64,000 nt of DNA. Origin: Nitrosomonas sp. GTDB lineage: Bacteria > Pseudomonadota > Gammaproteobacteria > Burkholderiales > Nitrosomonadaceae. Below the pieces are notes generated by a model. It saw only the letters and a program-made list of their open reading frames with translations. It did no database searches and was not told the DNA's origin. Every line of letters starts with the position of its first letter. Within the stretch, counting starts at the first letter, position 1. Below are positions 56,105 through 64,000 of the stretch, piece after piece. The DNA is taken from NCBI GenBank assembly GCA_016721865.1, contig JADKHF010000006.1, positions 4,235-68,234 on the forward strand, given 5' to 3'. Made by a program: the position numbers and the translations under genes.

Positions 56105-56359
56105 AGGAAATAGGGTTGTTGCCAAAAAAGAAATGATTGTTGATTTTATCAATCAATACGAGAAATGGAGGTGCCATGACCAGGATTCCCTCGGTGCAAC
56201 TCCGGATACCGGATTCTAACAGAGGTATGAATTGAAAGCAGTGGGCTGTCAGTGTGCTGTATCAACCGAAATAATGTGCTTTTTTACTGAAACAATGCGG
56301 CGATAATAAAAAACTTGTTGTTTCACAGCGGCTAAGTAACAATCCGAATGAGCGGTTAC

Positions 56360-56477
56360 TTAAGGAATCTCTGAATAACTCACCTTTGTCATTCCGAACG
56401 TAGTGAGGAATCTTTGGCAATCAACAGTATAGATTTCTCGCTATGCTCGAAATGACAGTTATTCAGAGGTTCCTTAA
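56360..56477. mobile_element. MITE-like element of about 110 bp with TTAA flanks and an internal REP doublet
   Basis: TTAA-ggaatctctgaataact ... agttattcagaggttcc-TTAA (17-bp TIR, one mismatch); no coding capacity. Confidence 0.75.
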
Positions 56478-56565
56478 GCAGTGCTGTGGGCAAGTATGCA
56501 ACGCAGCAAGTTCGGTGTTTATACGATACCGGCACAATCATTAATTTTGTTCGGGAGTAATTGAG

Positions 56566-57144
56566 ATGGGAACACGCGCGGCAACAAAATCCTTACGGTC
56601 AATCTATCAACTTAAAATTACCCTAAAGGGTTTTCGTCCGCCAATATGGCGCAGGTTTTTAGTAGCGAGCACAGTCAGCCTGGAAGATGTGCATGATATT
56701 TTGCAAATTGTGATGGGATGGACCGATTCCCATATGCACGAGTTCTCTAAGGGAAGCGATCGTTATGGCGTGCCGGATGCGGATTTCCCCTCGGATATTC
56801 TGGATGAAGCCGAATGCCGGCTTGATCAGGTATTAAAGAAGGAAAGGGATAAGCTGAACTATACTTATGATTTTGGTGATGGCTGGGAGCATGAAGTCGT
56901 TCTGGAAAAAATCCTGCCGTTTGAAACAGGCGTTGCTTTGCCGGTGTGTCTCAAAGGCAGCGGGGCTTGTCCGCCTGAGGATATTGGTGGAGTAGTGGGT
57001 TATACGATGTTCCTGGATGCGATTTCGGATCCTGAACATCCGGAACACGAAAGTATGCTGGAATGGATAGCAGGGGATATCGACAGTGGTTTTGACCCGG
57101 AATATTTTGATTTGGCTGAAGTGAACAATCTGTTGCAGGGATAG
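56566..57144 (+). CDS. Plasmid pRiA4b ORF-3 family protein
   Basis: YQLKITL...PPIWRR, MGWTDSHMHEF, YTYDFGDGWEH, CPPEDIGG. Confidence 0.92.
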   Translation: MGTRAATKSLRSIYQLKITLKGFRPPIWRRFLVASTVSLEDVHDILQIVMGWTDSHMHEFSKGSDRYGVPDADFPSDILDEAECRLDQVLKKERDKLNYTYDFGDGWEHEVVLEKILPFETGVALPVCLKGSGACPPEDIGGVVGYTMFLDAISDPEHPEHESMLEWIAGDIDSGFDPEYFDLAEVNNLLQG

Positions 57145-57224
57145 TGCGATGGCTTGGCGGGACGCTCGCGGAAAAGTAAGTGTGGAAACATGGACAATCG
57201 CTCATCAGGAAATTGTACCCAATT

Positions 57225-58040
57225 ATGGCAACTAAGGACGACAAGGCGGCAGGTAGCGGACCAAGCCAGAAAGCGCAGCAAGAAACTATGCTGGATGATG
57301 AATTTTCGCTCGAATTGCAGGAAGCATCGCCAGGTAGAGCGATGCCGGGAAAAGAATCCTCTGGGAAACGCACACCGGATCAACGAAAAGAGAAGAATCA
57401 GTCCTCCGAAGTGCTCAGTTACCGCCATGACGATAAACGCGCCAACAATCCGCATGTCGGCATGGTCGATACGCATTCGGACGGCGTGGAAGGAAAAACC
57501 GCCTGGCAATACGACCCGCATATCGATCCGGAAGCCGCGAAGGATATCGATACGATCAAAGGCATTACCGCGCTGAGAGTGCAGATGAATACCGATTTGC
57601 TGACCGAAGACCTGAAGAAAGGGCGCGCCAGCAACGAGTCGTTCTGGCTGATGGGGCAACCGGATGTGATCGTCAAGCAGATCAAGACCGGGTACTATCA
57701 GGTGGAAGTGCGCGGCTTTGATTATTTTGATACCAAAACCGGCGAACTGAAGTCCGGCGGCAAAAAGAATATCGCCATGTGGGCGCTGGATACCGATTAC
57801 GACAACCGCTCGTTGTTTCCGCGCCAGGTATTTTTCCCGATGGCCGGAAGTGGCGATGGCTGGAACAAGCTGCGCAAGGATATTCGCGCCGAGCTCAACG
57901 AGGAGTTGCTGGAGCAGTTCCATGGCACGGTGTCGTTGCCGTTTGAGGCCGGGGAGAACGAATGCATTGCGGTGAAAATCGTCGATGACCGCGGCATTGA
58001 ATCGCTCAAAGTGATTAATCTGGATCGGATGTCCGTTTGA
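57225..58040 (+). pseudogene. Type III-like R-M Mod protein retaining only N- and C-terminal parts (catalytic core absent, in frame)
   Basis: N-terminal YRH..KRANNP..YDPHIDP joined to C-terminal EAAKDID...QMNTDLL...GQPDV...LDTDYD...AVKIVDDRGIE; no DPPY or FxGxG motif; TGATG coupling to res. Confidence 0.75.
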
Positions 58041-60883
58041 TGCCTGATAAAACGCCATCCTCGCTGATTATCAATTCGCCGTACGAGAAACCTATCCGTT
58101 ATTGGGAACAGGACGAGAACGGCAAGTTATTAACGGTCACGCAAGGTCGGCGGCCCGCGGCGTATGAGTTGTATGACACACGCACCAATACGCGGCGTGT
58201 CGAAAAGCTGGAGCTGGTCAACGCTATTCGCGAACGCGTGGATGCATGGCGTGATGCCGGTTGGCCCGGCGTGACCAGTGTTACCCGGCAATTATTGGAA
58301 CATTGGTGTGAGCGCGGCGAATGGGACGGCGAGGGAAAATGCTGGGTTGGCGGGCCACGGCAATATCCTTTTTATTTTTGTCAGTTGGAAGCGATCGAAT
58401 CGCTGATTTGGTGGCTGGAAGCGCCGCAAGATTATAAACAAGGCATTTTTTTACAAGGCGACGGCGGGCCGTGGGAGCGCATTTGTAGCAAAATGGCCAC
58501 GGGATCGGGCAAGACGCCGCTGATGGCGTTAATCATCACCTGGCAAACTTTGAATGCGCTGCATTACCCCAAAGATACGCGTTTTTCCAAGGCGGTGTTC
58601 ATCGTGGCGCCGGGGCTGACGGTAAAAAGCCGCTTGCAGGTGCTGTATCCCGGTGATGAAAAGAATGTCTATGATGAGTTCCGCCTGTGTCCGAACGAGG
58701 CGATGCGGCAAAAGCTCAATCAAGTCGAATTATTGATTGAAAACTGGCATACCTTGATGCCGCTGAAAGAGTAGGAGCGATCCGTGGTTAAGAAAGGCAA
58801 GGAAAGCGATGAAGCCTTTGCCCGCCGTGTATTGGGCAAGCTGGCGGCGTGCAAGGATCTGGTGGTGATCAATGATGAAGCGCATCATGCCTACCGCCAG
58901 CGCGCGGAAATGAAAGTCAGCAAGAAAGAAGCGGAAGAATTGGGTATCGATCTGGATGAGGCGACGCGTTGGATTGAGGGATTGGATCGCATCCATAAAA
59001 CCCGGCGCATCCGCCGCTGTTTTGATTTGTCGGCGACGCCATTTGCACCGACGGGCAAGACGAATACTGAGGCGGGGTTGTTTGCATGGGTGATTTCCGA
59101 TTTTGGTTTGAATGATGCGATTGAAGCGGGTTTGGTCAAAACGCCGCGCATTGTCGTGCGTGATGACGCGATGCCGAATGCGAAAAGTTATCGCAGCAAG
59201 CTCTATCATTTATACCGCGAAGAAGAAGTCAGAGAGGATTTAAACCGTAAAGCGAATGCCACTGACCCGTTGCCGGATCTGGTGCAAAAAGCCTATGCCA
59301 TTCTGGCTTATGATTGGCAACTGACGGCGCAGGAATGGAGCAAGAGCGGGCACGAAATTCCGCCGGTTTTATTAACGGTCTGCAACCGGACTGAGACGGC
59401 AGCGCGTATTGAAAGATTTTTCAACAGCGGTGACTGCCTGATTAAGGGTACTCAGGCACCGGATCAAACGTTGCGGGTGGATTCCAGGGTGCTGGAAAAA
59501 GCGGAGCGCGGGGAGTCTGTCACCAAAGACAAAGACTATGATCAGCGCTTGACGGAAATTATCGAAGCAGCCGGTTTGCCCTCGGATAAAACGGAAGATT
59601 TACTGGCATTGAAGCAGCAGGAACAACTGCGCGCTTTGGTGGACACGGTCGGCAAGCGCGACCAACCCGGCCAAAAGCTGCACAATGTGATTTCGGTCGC
59701 CATGCTGTCCGAGGGATGGGATGCCGCGAATGTGACGCATATTATGGGGCTGCGTGCATTCACCAGCCAGTTGCTGTGTGAACAGGTGATCGGGCGGGGT
59801 TTGCGGCGTGTGGCGCATGATATGGATGAGCAGGGCTTGTTTTTGCCGGAATATGTCAATATTTTTGGCGTGCCGCTGTCGATCTTTCAGGATGTGGGGG
59901 AAGAAGGAGAAGCACCGCCACCGCCTAAACCGAGTGTGCGCATACAGGTCGAACCAGGCCGTAATCACCTTGAGATTCGATGGCCCAATATTCAACGCAT
60001 TGATGCCGTGCTGAAGCAGGAATTGGTTATGGATTGGGAGAATGTTCAGCCATTGACACTCGATCCGATGAATACGCCGCTCAATGCGGAAGTGGCGCCA
60101 TCACTCACCGGGTTTGCGAATCTATCGATGGTTTCTGAGATTGATCTGGAAAAAGCCGTGGATGATTTCAGGCTGCAAAACCTTATTTTCCGTGCTGCCA
60201 GAAAGCTGTATTTACAAAGTGCGGATAGCTTCGGTGGCGATAAGCAATTTCTTGCGGTGCAACTGATTCGTATCGTGGAAGCGTTTCTCGACAGTGACAA
60301 ACTGGATATTCCCAGCCTTTGGCATCAAGACCCGATACGCAAGCAGATATTGTTTGCACTGAATATGGATACGGTGGTTGCGCATGTGAGCCGGTTTGTC
60401 AGCGCGCAAAATACCGAGAAACTTAAAGCGATATTTGATGAATTGAATCCCATAGGCTCTACAGCGCGAATGCGTTCCTGGTTGACAACGCGGCCTTGTC
60501 TCGCCACTGAAAAGTCGCAGATTAGCCATGTGGTTTACGACAGCGCATGGGAAAAAGCCGTGGCGGATCTTTGTGAGAAAGTGCCGCAGGTGGTTGCATG
60601 GGTGAAGAATGATCACCTGGATTTTATAGTGCGTTATCTGTGGCGCGGCTCTTCGCGCAATTTTATTCCGGATTATTTAGTTCGCCTGAATAACGGCAAA
60701 ACGCTGGTGCTCGAGGTGAAAGGTGTCGATAGCGAGCAAAACCGGGCGAAACGCGCTGCGATGGAAACCTGGATTAAAGCAGTCAATGAGCAGGGTGGTT
60801 TTGGGCATTGGTGTTTTGATGTGGTGTTTGAACCCGCCAGAACCCGGGATGCATTGTTAAAGCATGCGGAAAGAGGTGGTTAA
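58040..60883 (+). CDS. Type III-like restriction subunit (SF2 helicase plus PD-(D/E)xK nuclease) interrupted by an in-frame TAG at 58772-58774
   Basis: IINSPY, YFCQLEA, MATGSGKT, DEAHH, SATP, MLSEGWD, EQVIGRGLRR, FIPDYLV..LEVKG; both ORFs are in the same frame. Confidence 0.88.
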
Positions 60884-61013
60884 TTTGGTTATTAGAAGAC
60901 TAATGGAAGACTTAAATACGTTAATAAATTTTACTTTAATATTATTATCAAACTATTAGAAACGTCTGTAACTGGAGATATTTGCCCGTCATGCGCATTT
61001 TATAAATAAATGC

Positions 61014-61041
61014 TTGAACTTTTTCAGGAAACGTGTATCTT
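61014..61041 (+). promoter_or_regulatory. Probable sigma70 promoter of the csp gene
   Basis: TTGAAC, 16 nt, TATCTT, about 120 nt upstream of the ATG. Confidence 0.45.
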
Positions 61042-61163
61042 ATCTATGTCTTTTGGATTCAAGTTATTAAATTGTGATGCTTTTGGTTGACCATTTTTCC
61101 TTGATATTCGATGGCTACTATGGATTACCATAGACGTAAATTTTTAATTATTAAGGAAATAAC

Positions 61164-61367
61164 ATGGCAACAGGTATTGTAAAATGGTTTAATGACGCTA
61201 AAGGTTTCGGTTTTATTACTCCAGACAACGGCGGGGAAGATTTATTTGCACACTTCTCTGCAATCAATAGCAATGGTTTTAAATCATTGCGCGAAGCTCA
61301 ACGCGTTACCTTTGATGTAACAACAGGACCTAAAGGTAAACAAGCTTCAAATATTGTGCCTGAATAA
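61164..61367 (+). CDS. cspA: Cold-shock protein
   Basis: [31 protein letters not shown]. Confidence 0.95.
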   Translation: MATGIVKWFNDAKGFGFITPDNGGEDLFAHFSAINSNGFKSLREAQRVTFDVTTGPKGKQASNIVPE

Positions 61368-61382
61368 ATTCGAGTATCAATA

Positions 61383-61416
61383 AATAAAAAACCCCGGTTT
61401 ACCGGGGTTTTTTATT
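61383..61416 (+). terminator. Intrinsic terminator
   Basis: aataaaaaaccccgg-ttta-ccggggttttttatt. Confidence 0.92.
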
Positions 61417-61532
61417 GGGTGCGCCCTGTGCCGGATGCATTCAATAAAAAAGTTCGGATATCTTCAGTATTCCTGAAAAACCAACCAAGATACGGTAGCA
61501 TAGCGGCATTCTAATAACCTTGATTATTTACT

Positions 61533-62755
61533 ATGCCCGTTAATATTCCCCCTTTACTTCCCGAACATTTATTGCCCGTTGCAGGCGTAACCCTTGGCAT
61601 TGCCGAAGCTGGTATTAAAAAACCCGGCCGCAAGGATTTGCTGGTGATTTTGCTGGATGAAGAGACTCAAGTTGCCGGTGTTTTTACACAGAATCGCTTT
61701 TGTGCAGCGCCGGTGATTGTGGCAAAGCAACATTTGGCGCAATCTGTTCGTGCATTGGTGGTGAATACTGGGAATGCCAATGCCGGTACCGGCGATGCGG
61801 GGATTCAGCATGCTCTGACAACTTGTTCTGAATTAGCCAGATTAGCCGGTTGCACGACGCAGCAAGTACTGCCATTCTCAACGGGCGTGATCATGGAACC
61901 GTTGCCGGTGGACAGGATTATCAAAGGATTACCTGCGGCCGTGGCTAATTGCAAGGCGGATAACTGGTTTACTGCGGCACAGGCGATTATGACGACGGAC
62001 ATCGTGCCGAAAGCGGCATCGCGACAGGTGCTGATTGATGGCAAAATAGTGACGGTTACCGGAATCGCCAAAGGCTCAGGCATGATTCGTCCGAATATGG
62101 CAACGATGCTCGGCTATGTTGCCACTGATGCGGCCATCGGCCAGGCTTTATTACAGACATTGGTGCAGTATGCGACGGATCATTCGTTTAACCGCATCAC
62201 GGTGGATGGCGATACGTCCACTAATGATGCCTTTATAGTCATTGCAACCGGAAAAGCGGGTCATAGAGAAATTACCCATCAAGACAGCAACGAATTTGAC
62301 CAGTTGCAGGAAGCCATCACCCTGGTTGCCGCCGATCTGGCCAAAATGATTGTGCGTGATGGTGAAGGTGCGACTAAGTTTATTACCGTGCAGGTAGATG
62401 CCGGAAAAATGCGGATGAATGCGCCAAAGTGGCATACGCCATTGCGCATTCGCCGTTGGTTAAAACCGCTTTCTTTGCGTCGGATCCCAATCTGGGGCGT
62501 ATTCTGGCTGCCATTGGTTATGCCGGAATTGATGATCTTAATGTGGGCGGAATTCAACTGTATCTGGATGATGTGCTGGTTGCGGAACAAGGCGGCAGAG
62601 CACCGCATTATCGCGAAGAAGACGGTCAGCGCGTGATGAATCAAGCCGAGATTACCATCCGTGTGGTGCTGAATCGCGGTTCCGCTTCTACCACCGTATG
62701 GACCTGCGATTTTTCTTATGATTACGTTAAGATTAATGCGAGCTATCGCAGCTAA
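61533..62755 (+). CDS. argJ: Ornithine acetyltransferase ArgJ (frameshift in A run 62405-62409)
   Basis: [60 protein letters not shown]. Confidence 0.95.
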
Positions 62756-62768
62756 GCCGATATATCCC

Positions 62769-63644
62769 ATGAATGATTTAGACAAGTTCTATGAGCGGGC
62801 GGAAAGACTGTTCGACCACTTGGAAAGGTTTCTGCCGCCTACACAACCGGAACCTGACTGGCAAACGGCAACTGCTTTTCGTTGGCGCAGGCAAGGTAAT
62901 GCCGGGTATATCCAGTCGATTGCGCATCCGCATCGGATTACACTCGATGCATTGTGCGGGATTGACGATCAGAAGCAACGGATTGATCAGAATACGCAAC
63001 AGTTTGTGCAGGGTTTTTCTGCTAATAACGTATTGCTGACAGGTGCGCGCGGCACGGGAAAATCTTCGCTGATCAAATCACTGCTGAATAAATATGCAAA
63101 GAATGGGTTACGCCTGATCGAAGTGGAAAAGTATCATCTCGTCGATCTGCATGATATTGTGGAAAAGATTTATCAGCGCCCGGAACGCTTTATTTTGTTT
63201 TGCGACGATTTGTCTTTTGAAACCGATGAGCCGGGGTATAAAGCCCTCAAGGTGGTGCTGGATGGATCCATCGCTACAGTATCCGATAACGTTCTGATCT
63301 ACGCCACATCCAACCGTCGTCACATGGTGCCAGAGTTCATGCGCGATAATCTTGATACGCGGCACATTGGTGAGGAAGTGCACCCGAGTGAGGCGATTGA
63401 GGAAAAAATTTCATTGTCGGAGCGATTTGGCTTGTGGGTGTCATTTTATCCTTTCGATCAGGAACAATATCTGCAAATCGTGCGTTACTGGCTGGCTTAT
63501 TTTGGTGTCAATGAAATGACCGCATTGGTGCGTACAGAAGCCTTGCAATGGGCACTGGAGCGTGGTTCACGCAGTGGACGGGTGGCTTGGCAGTTTGCAC
63601 GGGATCGGGTCGGCAGGCAAAAATCGGTTCGTGATAATCCATAG
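62769..63644 (+). CDS. DUF815 family AAA ATPase
   Basis: NNVLLTGARGTGKSS, FCDDLSF, YATSNRRH, EEKISLSERFG, SRSGRVA.QF. Confidence 0.92.
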   Translation: MNDLDKFYERAERLFDHLERFLPPTQPEPDWQTATAFRWRRQGNAGYIQSIAHPHRITLDALCGIDDQKQRIDQNTQQFVQGFSANNVLLTGARGTGKSSLIKSLLNKYAKNGLRLIEVEKYHLVDLHDIVEKIYQRPERFILFCDDLSFETDEPGYKALKVVLDGSIATVSDNVLIYATSNRRHMVPEFMRDNLDTRHIGEEVHPSEAIEEKISLSERFGLWVSFYPFDQEQYLQIVRYWLAYFGVNEMTALVRTEALQWALERGSRSGRVAWQFARDRVGRQKSVRDNP

Positions 63645-63647
63645 CCA

Positions 63648-64000
63648 ATGAACAGTTTCTCCACTCCTGTCGCGGGATCAATCCCAGTTGTTGAGGTCGT
63701 CGCAGCCGTCATTACACGGCCGGATGGCCGGTTTTGCTGACGCGCAGACCTGGTGGAAAAGTATATTCCGGGTATTGGGAATTTCCTGGTGGCAAGGTTG
63801 AGCCAAACGAATCGTTATTACACGCGCTGGTGCGCGAGTTGTGGGAAGAGTTGGGGATTCAGGTTGGTAACGCCTATCCCTGGGTAACGCGTGTGTTTGC
63901 CTATCCACATGCAACGGTGCGATTGCATTTTTTTCGTGTGGTGGAATGGGAAGGCAGGCTCTTGCCGAGGGAAAATCAGGGGTTGTTCTGGCAATTGCCA
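63648..64000 (+). CDS. mutT: MutT-like Nudix hydrolase (3' end outside the window; frameshift in T run near 63733)
   Basis: Manual translation VEVVAAVI..PDGRF then WEFPGGKVEPNESLLHALVRELWEELG (Nudix box); usual argJ-DUF815-mutT order. Confidence 0.85.

Noticed and set aside
56168-56235. GGAGG followed by ATG and a 19-codon ORF upstream of trmJ
   Set aside because: Too short, no recognisable features; may be chance or a remnant
55279-56457. Palindromic repeats as integron attC sites
   Set aside because: No RYYYAAC/GTTRRRY cores, no cassette array and no integrase; REP/MITE fits better
57000-58058. 352-aa antisense ORF over mod
   Set aside because: Shadow of the sense gene with no domain features; same reasoning for 29331-30095 opposite pmbA

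Overview
Chromosomal segment of a betaproteobacterium. Gene content, order and moderate GC resemble Nitrosomonas, but this is an inference (no amo/hao genes in the window). In order it carries: adk, PPi-type pfk and K+-independent H+-PPase; a Zur-like regulator, a DUF2946-like leader and a ZnuD-like TonB receptor; selO; pntA1A2B; a large GltD-like/PyrK-like (Nfn-like) fused flavo-FeS oxidoreductase; cysNDH-DUF934-cysI and cysB; a mosaic islet at about 25.1-28.3 kb (diverged partial duplicate of yjgA-pmbA, a GC-rich foreign ATP-grasp plus amidohydrolase pair, IS91 and higA remnants); yjgA-pmbA; tusA-like; a type II secretion-like cluster; ridA-like; sbcB; an aa3 cytochrome oxidase cluster; glcD-like; BON; orphan pilI/cheW; argB; trmJ flanked by REP/MITE-like repeats; a defence islet (pRiA4b ORF3, a type III-like Mod lacking its catalytic core, Res split by an amber codon); cspA; argJ; DUF815 ATPase; mutT-like. 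About 14 genes have 1-2 nt frameshifts, mostly in homopolymer runs and including housekeeping genes, so these are most likely long-read errors. No rRNA, tRNA or CRISPR array was seen. The best leads are the Zur/arrest-peptide-like/TonB unit, the Nfn-like enzyme between cys and pnt, the promoter-captured GC-rich insert, and the methylase-core-less type III R-M locus. None can be confirmed as novel without database searches.
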